Of a DNA stretch of 64,000 nt, positions 52,401 to 61,760 are shown piece after piece (the stretch's first letter is position 1; each line of letters starts with the position of its first letter). Made by a program: the position numbers and the translations under genes. The stretch comes from Epiperipatus broadwayi (Eukaryota > Animalia > Onychophora), in NCBI GenBank assembly GCA_028023455.1, contig JAQFVV010000001.1:7378001-7442000 (forward strand). The letters are read 5' to 3'. The notes under the pieces were generated by a model. The model searched no databases. It worked only from the letters and a program-made list of their open reading frames with translations, and had not been told where the DNA came from.

Positions 52401-55400
52401 TACATTTTTAACGTTTGTTTTTTTCTAGAATTATGATGGCCATATTTATTTATGAATTATTGCTAATAATTCACAAAAAAAATAAAAGGCTTTCTTACTC
52501 AAGAGTTCATAAGAAGATTGAGTGCCAGAATTGATCCTGGGACATCCCAATCCCAAGTTATTTGCTCTATCAATTGCATGTTTTTAAAATGATAATTCAC
52601 ATGATGTGATATTAAAATTTTATTTTTTTTCACCTCCAAATATCTGTCAAAATAGTTTTTTATTAAAAAAAAATCTATCAAATTAATTTTTTGGCCATCA
52701 AAATAAAATTGCTCAAAAGAATTCTAAATTTTAATAATCTGATAAATTAAATTGAGAGAAACTGCAAACCTCTCACGCTCATTAGTATCTAACAGCCAAT
52801 CAGATCGTAAATACAAGACAGAGAATTTAATTTCAATACTGTTTGCGCTTTATAAAATAAATATTATTTAATCTGATAAACTAATTTTATTATGTTTTAT
52901 TGCTTCCTATCGTTTTCATTAATATTCTTTAAATGCAGTAATTTTGTTTTGTTCATATATTTTATTTTGATCAGATCATTTTTATTTAATTAAATTATAT
53001 TACAGTTTTACTTTGAAATAGATAATTGCATTTAACATTTTCATTTACTAAATGTATATCAAAATAAATAAAAAAAAACTAAATAGTTAATATAAAACTG
53101 AATTCAGTAAAACATAGTTGCTGATCTAATATCAGACCATATCGTTATACTGTACTATCAAATTGTTTTGTGATTATAATCTTAAATAGAGTAAAAAGTG
53201 CAAAAGAAGTAAAATTGATGATACTAACTGAATATATGCATACCAGTGTTTTTCTCTGATGAAGGCCAATAACTAAAAACTTTGAAGAGATTGGATTGGC
53301 ATTATATGCTTAATACAGAGAATATAAAATAGATTCCTATTGCTGATGTAATTAGAAATTAAATTCGATATCGATAAGATCAGCTAACAAAAGTTGGTAT
53401 ACCCCAATGATTAATTTTTTTAAAAAATTACTTGAAAAATTATATGATTTGTTTCAGGACGATAAAAAAATGTAATGTGAAGAATTATTGTATTGAATAT
53501 CCACCATACTATCCAAAAAATCATATGGTAGATAGCTCATTGTAGATATTGCAATCAATATATTAAAGTAAAATTCTTTGGCCTCATAAAATGTTCATAG
53601 CATTGGTTAGATCTGAAATGTCCATTGCAAATATTGAAATCTGGACTAATAAAATGAATCTGACTGTGAAATTGGCATATTCAATGTAAAATACATCTAT
53701 TGACAAACTTTTCAGACACATTTTCTTTTAATATTGTTATTCTTTTTGAAAACTATTCTTTCTAAGTTTAATTTTATGATTAATTTTATCCATTTTATTT
53801 CTATCTTAGTTGTTAACTTATTTTAATTCATCAATCATGGCAATGTAAAATAACCTTTTTAAAACTGAGAAAAATTATAACAATATATTTTATATTCTTG
53901 TAAGTTTCTATTTATATTTAATTAACTATATATATATATATTTGAAATTAAATCAATGTATAAAGCTATACTGGAAATAAATATTGAAAAACATCATATC
54001 ACCTATTGTTTAATTTCTTAGTGGCCATAGGAAAAATTTAATTTTTTCTGACTGCTGTAATTTAGAATTTTTGAGGTGAAGATTGAATATTTTTTTTAAA
54101 AAACAAAAAGTTTAGATAAACTTGGATTAAATTTGAAAACCAACTAACTTTGTGCAAAATCAGGTTTATTTACTAAATAATAATAGCAGTGAGATTTGAG
54201 TTTAAAATTGATTATTACTTTAGTTTTAAACCAGAGTATATTTATTTGCCTATTAAATGTAGATTAAGAATATAAAAATCTCAAACTGTTAAAGTCTGGG
54301 CCTGCTCATTAGATCTTAAATTAGAGTGAAAGATAGAATCCATTTTTTACTTAGTTGCCTTGACAACAGATTGAAGATTCATGGTTCAGATAGGTTTGAA
54401 CTGTTATCATGTGATTATATTTACAATTGTACACTTGCTAATATATATATATATATTTTCATTAATTTTGCAGAATAAAAGTAGTCCTAACAAAGTAAAT
54501 AAAATGTCTGGAGACCAATTGCCATTAAAAAGGTTTGTTTTGTATAATCTTAAGATATTTTTTTTATTTATATTATTGCTTTATTTTTTTAAATGCATTT
54601 ACACCCCCACCCCCCCAAATCAAATGCAAATTATTCTACAATATAGTAATGAACAATTACTTTTTTCAAATGCCTTTAGTAATATATTTAAAATGTATGG
54701 TAAAATATAAATTTTAAGTATATTAAAACAAGCTTGTAAAAAGAAGGAAATTAAAATAAAATACATTTTGGAAATGTGCTATTATAGCTATGATAGTGAT
54801 ATCAGAAATAGATAAATTTCCATTTGATTTATCATTACTGGCAAAATATGATCTTCCATTTTCATACAATGCTTATCTTTTCAAGAAGTATTAATTTCTA
54901 GAAAAATGAGTTCTTTTTTAATAGCAAATGATTTTTCTGCAAATAAGATTTAAAAATTAGGTAATTTAATTTGGTGTTAATTCTCATGTTTGAATTAATT
55001 GACTTGTTTGTTAGTAATTGTTTACCATCCTTTAACACAATTTATTCTAACATCTCATTATTTAGAACTATACATATATAAACTTGAATGAGATCATAAT
55101 ACCATTGAGATAGTTAGATTAATGATTACTTTTTCTTTCTTGATATTGTTATAATGCAAGCTATAATATATTGTTTGCATATGTGGAAATTAATTATAGT
55201 ATTTGAAGTGGTAATGTCTTGTCTTATAAACATGGATTTATAGCAGGAGAATAAAAGCTAAAATATTCTGGTTTTCAGAATGCAGAGCTTATCTATTTTT
55301 TTTGTATTACTGTATTGCTAATTGGTTGTATTCTTAGTGGCTTGTCTGACAATCTTGGAATCCTTCTGGACAAAAAGTTATTCAGTTCTCTAATTCAGTC

Positions 55401-58400
55401 GATCATTTTATTTTGGAAAGCAAAAATGGACATCGCAAATGCCATACTATTATTGATGATAGAAATTAGTCTATTAACAATTTGGATATAAATTATTTAT
55501 TAACAGATATTTAGTTAATATTGGAAGATCAAGTAAATAATGGAAAAATCAAAATATTTAACTGTCGAGTTTTGACATGCTTAGATACATACATTTAAAA
55601 TCCTAAAAAGTTTTGTTAAGGAAGTAACTACTCAAAAATTATTAAAAGAAGCTTGTTTAAATTTTAAAACAAAAATGTTAAATATATCAACATAGTATGC
55701 TGAACATGTTTTTCTTAATTATACATGTATGTACTCATTTTTTGAATTACATTTTTCTGAGGAAAGTTTAAAAAGATTGGAATTACATGTAAACTTATAA
55801 ATATATATTTTTTTCACTGAGATTATGTTTATGCTAGAAATTTAAATAAAATCATTTTGAACCAAAAGTGGATATATATTGTACTGTTTATTTATATATG
55901 GTACAAATATATTGGCATTTGGTAAGATATTTTAAAGCTCAATTTAAAGATCTTTTAAAAGATGAATTTTTAATTTTTTTTTAGTTAGTATAATTTATTT
56001 TTTTAAAACGTACAAAAAAAGCTAATTTTGTTATTTCGAATTATTACTTTAATTAAAAATAAAAGTTAAAATTGGAAAAAATAAAAGACACGCAGATTAC
56101 TAATCCAGATAAACTAAAAGAAAGAGAATTCCACATGCAGATTACAATCAGAGTTTTAAAACTAATTAAAAATGGCAGGAAAAATTTATATGAAAAAGAA
56201 CTTTGTAATTGGAAAATACAAAATAAATGTACAAGATTATATAAATGTACAAGATTATTGATTTGTATTTTATGATAAACAAAGATAAAAGTATGCGCAG
56301 AAGTCTAAAAACTGGAACTCGAGTATAAAAAGAAGACCAGTGCGATCAGGGTCTTGTCTGTTTTTTCTTTTGGCTGGTCCTGGATCAAGGAAGATCCAGG
56401 ACCACTCTACGCTGAAATAATGTCATGCTGGAGTGGACCGAAGCTTTTGATATCGTATTCATGAAGACATCAACCCCAAAAAGCTAACTAGCCCTTAGGA
56501 CAGACCAAGAAAAATTTAAAACCAATGGCCATGAGTTCATTCTCCCTCATGAAAGACCATGCATGGTAATCAACAATCTTCGTAAACTCGCTAAACTTAC
56601 CGGTAAGCTAAGATTAATTATTCCCAATTGTGACTAAATTAAATGTTTGCAAACCATTCTCAAATATAAGCTAAGATTAATTATTACCAATTGTGACTAA
56701 ATTAAGTGTTTGCAAATCATTCTCAAATATAAGCTTATATGATCCCAATAGACATGATTTTTCTTATTCAAGAGACTTAGTTACAGCTATCTAGAAGAAA
56801 CTTAAGAAGTGAACATTGATTGTTTTAATTATTTTACCTAACTATCTGGATTAGGGTGTGTGGGTTTTCCAATTTTTTATTTAACAGGTTATCTTTTAAA
56901 TATTTTAATTTGTTAGAATAAAAATATTTCTAATAGCAACTTTTTATTGTGCGTTATTAATGTTAGTTATTAAATTTATTAATATTAGTTACCTTTGCCA
57001 ATATACTTATTTATTAATTAAGCCCCGGGAGTAATATTATCTGAAAAATAACCAAGTTATGGGAAATCTCAATCTTTTTTGTTACTTGCATCAAAATTAT
57101 GGGATAAGAGGATGTGATGTAATATGTGATACACTGTGACTTCTTCTTAAATGAAGTCAGGAATCTTTCAACAACTATGCCCAGAGAAACCTGTTAGCCA
57201 CTTTACTTTTCCCTTTCCATTCCCCACTCTAAGTTTTCCCCTGTTCCATCCCATTTCCACAATATAATCTTTGTCAACTCTATGGTCTTTATATCTAAAT
57301 CCCCCATATCTTTTCCCAAACCCAGCATAAAAACCAATAACCCACTTTCTGTATAATTATTTTGTTCATATTTATTCTTTCATAATTTGTACCCTTTCTG
57401 CTTTCAAACATTTACATTCAATTAACAAATACCTAATATTTTCTATGCCTTCCTTACACAATTTGCAGACTAAATCACCCACATTTTTCTATTTACATGC
57501 ATATTCTCTTGTTGCTAAAGATCCCATTTGAATCTTGAACAATAAACTACTTTACTTGCTATTATCATAAATTAACTCGCACCCAATATTCCATTTACTT
57601 CTATATATATTTAAACTCTTTTTACTCTCCATACTAGTTCTCAATCTCTCTGACTCCCTATTCTTTATTAATGCATCTATTCTTTTATCCCATTCCTTAC
57701 CACCATAACACTCAACAATCATAACACAATCATCCCACCTTTTGTACAGGTATACTGATATAAATTTTTTATCCAAATCTTTTGCATACCGCATTACCTT
57801 TTTTACCCATCTTGTTGCCTGCCCAATTAAATACTATTTTAGCTATTCTTTTATTATCCATAAACTGCAACCTACCAAACATTTTCATTTTACTTTTTGC
57901 ATCTCTCATATAAAAACTTGACCATCCCATTTCTCTTTGAATTGCCTCCCTTGCTGTCCACACATCTGCAGCCAATGCATGTCTTCCTACTTTCCTTTCT
58001 TAATTTCTTTATCAATCCCTTTCTTTTCTTTGCTTCATTTATCAATTTTTTCTCCCATTCATCCAAGCATTTTTTCTGATTACTTAAGATGATTCCCAAA
58101 TAACAATATCTATTCACCACTCTTAACTTTATATCCCCCAATAAAAATTCTATATCTTCTCTTTCCCCAGTATTAACCATCATTATATTTGATTTTTCTT
58201 TACTAAATTTAATCCCCATCTCTTTACCCACCCTTGCACATATCCTCAGCATAACTTCCATATCTTCTCTTCTTTCTGCACACAAAAAGACATCATCCGA
58301 AAAAAGACTTGACAAAGTATGTGCCCCCTTGCCACCTATTAACAGTATCTCTATTCCTCTTCCTAATCTTTCTATTGCTCTCTACATTTCACTCAAATAT

Positions 58401-60364
58401 AACAAAAACAAAATAGGTGATAGGGCATCCTTGCCTTAGTCTAACCCATTTTTAACTGATTCTATATTCCCTAATTGATATGTATAGTAATTATTTTCAT
58501 ATAATTTCTTAATAATATCCACTAAAGCTTCATCCATTCTCAAATTTGTTAAACTTACCCATAATCTATTTATATTTACTCTATCATATGCCTTATCTAT
58601 ATCTATAAAACTCATATATAACTGTCTACCTGAATTCCTACTCATATCCATAAGTTGTGTAACTACAAATAAACTATCTCCTATACCCCTATCTGACCTT
58701 CTTGTATTTTCCCCACTACATTATTCCCGTCCATCCATTTTGCAACTTTTCAGCCACCATATATGTGAAAACTGTATATAAAACTGATGTTACCACTAAT
58801 GTCCCATAATTGTTTAACTTTCTATTATCGTTACCCTTTCCTTTAAATAATAATCTTACTCTTGTATTACTCCAACTACCCGAAAAACGATCTTTTGTAC
58901 CATCTTATTAAAACAGGATAATAGCTTTACTTTTGCCATATACTCTAAATTCATTACTATCTCTGCTGCCCATCCATCTAAACCTATTGCCTTTTCACTT
59001 TTCAATTTCTTTCCTACCTCATTCAGTTCATTTTTTGTAAACCTAATATTCCCATTATTATATGTTTTCTATCACTCTATCTTTCACATCTAACATCTAT
59101 TATATATATAGTCTATTGACTATGGCGCCCTCTTATAAATTAAAACTAACTTCGTCGGCAATTCCAAATGTAATATTAAATAATCTTAGGCCGAGTTAAT
59201 CGGGAAATATAACTATGTTTTTGGAAATTGGAACAATATTTTCCTTCTCCATAGCTTGATTAACTTTCACTTTATAGTGTGTAAAAGAATGTCTACCAAA
59301 ACGTGAAAACACTACAAATATATATATAATGAAACCAAACAAAACAGAGGTTTAGTAGAAAGGAGTGAAATTTATGATTTAAATTTATTGATTATTCAAA
59401 TGCAGATGCAAAGAAGGATATGTTAGAATATAGAACTTGTCAAGTTGTTAATAACCATCCAGTCATAAGCTGAAGATTAACTTGATGTAAATACAAAGAA
59501 TATGCTAAATCTTGGCTATGCCTCTAATATATCATTGATTAAGTAATGGCATTTGGACAGAGACTTCTTAAAATTATTTTAGAAAATAATTTAGAAATTA
59601 GATTTTTATTTATAATGGAGAATAAATCTTAGAATTTAAACACTTTTGAGCCTTGTAATATAGAGTATGTACCCACAACATTTTTACTACCTGGATTTGA
59701 ATTTAGACCTGTTAAAAATTGAAAATGTTTTTCAGTTCATTCAGATTTAGAATTTTTTTGTAGTTAACTAGTATCAATTCAATTATATAATATTGGCTGG
59801 TAACTATTATTTGCTACAAGGTTAAATCGGATGGAAAAGTATCTTCAACTCTTACCACTTGGCATTTTGCAAGCTTGGAGAGTAAACTGTTCTTTGAACT
59901 GTTCGAGAGGTTTATTATTTCAAGGCTGTTATACTTAACAAAATATAGATCACAAACAGAATCACATATTTTTTCTGCATCAGAAATAAATATTTTTTCT
60001 ACTGCCTGAATTTCAGCTTAAAAAGAAAGTCAAACCACTAGATGACCATTTGAAGCTTATTTGGTTTACTAATCATACTTTATACGCAAAACACCAGTGC
60101 ATAGATTTATATGTATAAAATTTAGCAAAATGATGTACATTATGAAAATGTAAAATTATATCTTTTTTTTTTTTTAGAGCTGGCTTGTGCAAAGCATTGT
60201 ATGATTTTGAAGGAGAAGATAGCAAAGAATTATCATTTACAACAGGGGCTATGATTCAGTTGTTGGAGCAAGTTGGAGATGAATGGCTGATGGGTGAAGT
60301 CAATCAAAAGCAAGGAATATTTCCTAGAGTTTTTGTTGAAATACTACAGGATTTAGAGACATAA
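3213..60364 (+). CDS. SH3D19: SH3-domain adaptor protein, SH3D19/Eve-1-like, 5'-partial; join(3213..4414,32431..32542,36338..36406,38022..38147,54474..54532,60178..60364)
   Basis: All six exons have AG/GT boundaries and matching junction phases (2,0,0,0,2). They total 1755 nt = 584 aa + TAA. The product is a Pro/Ser-rich region followed by SH3-a (KAVAVYDFNSTHPDELTFKASDVIFLLYRINIEWLYGTIRDREGMFPESFVHVV) and SH3-b (CKALYDFEGEDSKELSFTTGAMIQLLEQVGDEWLMGEVNQKQGIFPRVFVEIL). The symbol is tentative, based on remembered resemblance to the last two SH3 domains of SH3D19. Confidence 0.8.
7760..7849 (+). mobile_element. 3' end of a DINE-1/Lep1-like (Helitron-related) non-autonomous repeat
   Basis: aaattcatcaagattggt...gagttata aagtaacaaacaagcaaacaaactttcacatttatatattaatatagat resembles the typical CAAA-microsatellite plus CTTTC(A/G)CATTTATA...TATAGAT end of these arthropod elements. 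Confidence 0.45.
10281..11369. mobile_element. Non-autonomous hAT (Charlie-like) element, copy 1, 1089 bp
   Basis: TIRs caatggtcttcaacctt / aaggtttgaagaccactg. Exact 8-bp TSD GTCTAAAT at 10273-10280 and 11370-11377. Confidence 0.92.
14230..15480 (-). mobile_element. Highly decayed LINE RT relic; clade uncertain, bounds approximate
   Basis: Minus-strand fragments in the expected order resemble KxKP...YRPI (KEKPNDQYKRTRPIG), xSVAKTK and FLGLI, with many stops and frameshifts. Confidence 0.35.
16815..16981. repeat. 167-bp near-perfect palindrome (MITE-like foldback)
   Basis: 69-bp arms (taaactaaagattagcctttcaagctaa...ataataataaatgaa) with 3 mismatches around a 29-bp spacer. Both ends are TA. 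Confidence 0.85.
18272..18385. mobile_element. Merlin-type MITE, 114 bp
   Basis: 24-bp TIR GG(T/C)AATA(A/G)TATGAATA(C/T)TGAACCC starting with GG. Exact 8-bp TSD ACTGAATA at 18264-18271 and 18386-18393. GG ends with an 8-9 bp TSD are Merlin/IS1016 hallmarks. Confidence 0.75.
18880..19120 (+). mobile_element. RTE LINE 3' end fragment; bounds approximate
   Basis: Translates to EEL.KLG...EIKQNAENRILWRKFVATL, the typical RTE ORF C-terminus (A.NR..WR.FV.AL). Confidence 0.6.
19620..21990 (+). mobile_element. Decayed RTE (BovB-like) LINE ORF2, interrupted by hAT copy 2; bounds approximate
   Basis: RT motifs in order: LKNGKS, KNKGDK..NSHGISLL, KMQENCWEQ..KAFDSV, VKQGYVL, EF*YANDYAV, LVINIQKT, YLG, WEDMA.D. 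Confidence 0.75.
20657..21192. mobile_element. Non-autonomous hAT element, copy 2 (same family as 10281-11369, opposite orientation, internally deleted), 536 bp
   Basis: Ends cagtattcttcaatcc / aaggttgaagaccactg. TSD ATCTACAC / ATTTACAC (1 mismatch). Both ends align to the reverse complement of the ends of copy 1. Has a 30-bp subterminal tandem duplication at about 21112-21168. Confidence 0.9.
23092..24830 (+). repeat. 5' LTR of the gag-only element (1739 bp)
   Basis: TATAACAG (TG mutated to TA) ... CTGTTAAA; collinear with 26495-28213. Confidence 0.9.
25363..26490 (+). pseudogene. Degenerate retrotransposon gag: coiled-coil N-terminus, capsid domain, Gly/Pro/Arg-rich tail
   Basis: One frame from ATG 25363 through ORFs 25675 and 25975 gives MDQQKTGEEKELTIMEIILEKLESL... 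RPFEGQMGEALVEHLQSLRRYF...KLVIACSNLSGNAQVW*...TSEEYQKIWETF*SEDRQ...EKYEEG...FF..QLVRLRTLD. It has several in-frame stops and a frameshift at the G-run near 26102. Confidence 0.8.
26495..28213 (+). repeat. 3' LTR of the gag-only element (1719 bp)
   Basis: TGTAACAG ... CTGTTAAA, preceded by the PPT and followed by the GTAT TSD. Confidence 0.9.
30360..30795. repeat. Degenerate tandem repeat, about 110-130-bp unit, 3-4 copies
   Basis: Recurring blocks attaaatatcgtgtt..gatcttaatt(T)n..attaaata...aatagtaaagaac...tctttgttcttacc(T)n gatatattattaaa. Confidence 0.65.
32431..32542 (+). CDS. Exon B: (R)RTSLGKIPPRRPLSGPEVKAGPPKPPRFVPVILPVDC
   Basis: Acceptor tttcag|, donor |gtaagt. Its first nt completes the AGA codon split from exon A. 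Pro-rich and GC-richer than its flanks. Confidence 0.85.
33625..34304 (-). mobile_element. hAT (SPIN/Charlie, GTF2IRD2-like) transposase relic with its 3' TIR
   Basis: ORF 33828-34304 holds the hAT C-terminal dimerisation region (EFSKCFADFK...LQFELIALQSD...LFASLYICEQTFSCMNINKSKNR..LSD.NL.AIL). TIR caggggtgggcaaactt starts at 33625. No partner TIR found. Confidence 0.85.
36338..36406 (+). CDS. Exon C: first part of SH3-a (TEKSKAVAVYDFNSTHPDELTFK)
   Basis: Poly-T tract then tag|, donor |gtaaga, phase 0/0. Contains the AVYDF...ELTF SH3 motif. Confidence 0.9.
38022..38147 (+). CDS. Exon D: second part of SH3-a (ASDVIFLLYRINIEWLYGTIRDREGMFPESFVHVVKALPGDK)
   Basis: Acceptor ttgcag|, donor |gtaaga, phase 0/0. 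Contains the EW..G and GxFPxxFV SH3 motifs. Confidence 0.9.
40617..42848 (-). mobile_element. Solo LTR (Gypsy-type), 2232 bp
   Basis: TGTAACGA...TCGTTACA termini, 4-bp TSD ATAT (40613-40616 / 42849-42852), CpG-richer than flanks, no coding motifs. Orientation inferred from the minus-strand TATA/Inr. Confidence 0.75.
42327..42359 (-). promoter_or_regulatory. Candidate LTR core promoter: TATAAAAGG with Inr-like TTAGT
   Basis: Minus-strand TATAAAA starts at 42359 and the A of TTAGT is at 42329, 30 nt downstream, which is canonical arthropod TATA-Inr spacing. Confidence 0.5.
44604..44719. repeat. Palindromic MITE family copy a (right arm internally deleted)
   Basis: Left arm aattaagaggagaaaactagtcttacc...tgttgaacaaagaatcaagaat is shared with copies b and c; it ends in ttggttttctccttaatta. 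Confidence 0.6.
44734..45018. mobile_element. hAT MITE, 285 bp
   Basis: TIRs caggggtccccaacc / ggttggggaccgctg. Exact 8-bp TSD CATTAGGC at 44726-44733 and 45019-45026. Confidence 0.92.
45232..45330. repeat. Palindromic MITE family copy b (centre plus right arm)
   Basis: caagaatagacg-gatt-cattctattcttgatcctttgttcaacat...gagatgagactggttttctcctcttaat. Confidence 0.6.
45453..45631. repeat. Palindromic MITE family copy c (complete foldback)
   Basis: gaaaatcagtctcacctcaagccatgaacaa pairs with ttgttcatggtatgaggtaagactggttttc. Inner arms (tgttgaacaagga..agaatagaatg) pair across a 4-nt GATT loop. Confidence 0.75.
46519..47145 (-). repeat. 3' LTR of the Mag element (627 bp)
   Basis: Collinear with 51073-51886 apart from a ~160-bp internal gap and the missing ~55-bp inverted segment; abuts the PPT. 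Confidence 0.85.
47170..50910 (-). pseudogene. Mag gag-pol, frameshifted with stops: gag ~50910-50150, protease ~50040, RT ~49560-49100, RNase H ~48860-48560, integrase ~48200-47557
   Basis: Gag IPEFKV...W and twin knuckle remnant CFCCCKRGHISKEC..LKESCFKCGKKG; protease ETDSGSGISL; RT KPNGEIRLCGDYKVTIN...LPFGIS; RH ...IDKEALAIIF...TDHKPL; IN IDHAGP, SDNG, SPYHPESNGLAEKAVQ. Confidence 0.9.
51073..51886 (-). repeat. 5' LTR of the Mag element (814 bp) with ~64-bp terminal inverted repeats
   Basis: tgctgtgtccccaagtatg...gacagaata (51073-51136) is inverted at 51823-51886. Confidence 0.88.
54474..54532 (+). CDS. Exon E: 59-nt inter-SH3 linker (NKSSPNKVNKMSGDQLPLK(R))
   Basis: Acceptor ttttgcag|, donor AG|gtttgt. 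Its phase 0 start and phase 2 end are what is needed to join exon D to exon F in frame. Confidence 0.7.
56604..56735. repeat. 63-bp tandem duplication (2 copies plus partial)
   Basis: taagctaagattaattatt(c/a)ccaattgtgactaaattaa(a/g)tgtttgcaaa(c/t)cattctcaaata at 56604 and 56667. Confidence 0.85.
57170..59095 (-). mobile_element. 5'-truncated non-LTR retrotransposon (LINE) ORF2: RT plus C-terminal Cys-rich region; clade not assigned
   Basis: ORF pieces 58436-58651, 57890-58315, 57769-57975 and 57552-57794, plus flanking sequence, give KKLKSEKAIGLDG, FIDIDKAYDRV, GLRQGCPISP, LFSDDVFL, YCYLG, REMGWSSF, YDNSKGS and C..C (VCKLC). Confidence 0.88.
60178..60364 (+). CDS. Exon F: terminal coding exon, SH3-b (AGLCKALYDF...GIFPRVFVEILQDLET*)
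   Basis: Long poly-T tract then tag| at 60177. Complete canonical SH3 (ALYDF, ELSF, EW, GIFP..FV), TAA at 60362-60364. Absent from the ORF track because it lacks an early ATG. Confidence 0.92.
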
Positions 60365-60411
60365 GTGAGAATTAAGCAGATATTATTATTTTTTGTTATA
60401 AAAGTTTTATA

Positions 60412-60417
60412 AATAAA
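60412..60417 (+). other. Candidate polyadenylation signal AATAAA
   Basis: First AATAAA I see after the stop codon, about 48 nt downstream. Weak evidence in such AT-rich DNA. Confidence 0.25.
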
Positions 60418-60959
60418 CGATAAGTTGCAATGTTATTAAATATTTAAAGGTATGCTATTTCATAATTTAATCCATGATGGAATAATGAACTATCATTAAA
60501 TTTTGTTTTAAATTGGGCAAAATTCTATTGAAACATTTGAAATGATTTAGACTGTATTTGGCAATGAAATCATGTATTGCAAGAACCTTTGCAAATAGTT
60601 TGCAAGATTTTATAATGGCAGGAAGAGCACTGTAAGATTATCCACCAAGATGCAAACACATTCTCACATTTCAAGTGATAACTTCTGTTCCAGAAAAGCA
60701 AATGCTTTAGAATTTTTGTGGTGAATAGCTAAGCTATGATGCTATGCAATCAAATGCATTGATTCAGAGATGACATTTCAGGCAGCTTGGAAAGACAACC
60801 AGAACCAGTCATCTTTTCACTGGGGCACACTGTATATAGCAAATTTGTTATAAATATATACTGTAATGATATGAGGAATCCTCACTAATAAATATATTAA
60901 ATTAATCTTGGGATTATTATAAAGATTCACAAAAAATTGAGTCATTTCTTCAGAGATTT

Positions 60960-61760
60960 TAAAGAAAATTACTGACTATAAATTTTGCCAATGAATATAG
61001 AAAATTATTCAATAGAAAGAATTTATAATCCTATACCAAAGAAGAAAGTTTTAATAAAGAGGACAACTATTTTACAATATCTCTTAAAACAATTGCAATT
61101 AAGATTTGAATCTTCCAATAAAGATTAAAGTTTTACTTGGAAAAATAAGAGGGACACATCTTGGATCTATGCTGAATAATTGTCGAGCCCAAAAAATAGA
61201 GAGAGAGTTTATTTACATGTGTTTTATTGATTATAATAGAGGTCTTTATTTAATTGATCATGCTAACTTATTGAATGTTTTTGAAGAAAATGACTTGTTG
61301 ATAGCATCTTATTGTTTTTATGAGGGATCTCCATATGAATAAAAGAAAAAAAATGCAGCCAAAATAGGTTATAGTTTGTTTTAGTTTTATAAAGAATTAA
61401 ATGTATGTGAAACATGAAGAAATACTAAAGAAGGTAAAGAAAAATATTGACATTTTTGAACTCTACTTGTAAGAATACTGTGGATAAAAAAAAAACAAAA
61501 ACAAAAGGACTCATTCAGATTATAATTGAACTTTTACTTGAACTGCAAATGATTGGGTTCAAATTGTCTTATTTTGATTAAATTATGATGATCTAATTCA
61601 CAAGAAAAGTACATATTGATCATAGAGGATAATAGGAAAAGGTGAACCATCAAGAGACATATGGGCTATTTCATCATAGTAATTAGCATGCAATTAAATA
61701 ACTCGAAAAATTGAATAGATAAATCATTCTGAAAAACTTAATTATGCCATTTTCAGGGAT
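60960..61760 (+). mobile_element. Decayed RTE-like RT fragment downstream of the gene; bounds approximate
   Basis: IIPIPKK...NY.TISL upstream, and ORF 61106-61342 GKIRGT...YMCFIDY...IDH.NL resembling GRGTRD...YMCFIDYxKAFDxVDH. Confidence 0.55.

Noticed and set aside
54381-54717. 109-aa and 60-aa ORFs as genes
   Set aside because: They are mostly intronic AT-rich read-through; only 54474-54532 is supported as an exon.
59110-59210. CpG-containing patch with ATGGCGCCCTCT as a possible promoter
   Set aside because: The similar TAGATGGC(G/A)C motif recurs in repeat contexts (30299, 40661, 46220), so TE debris is more likely.
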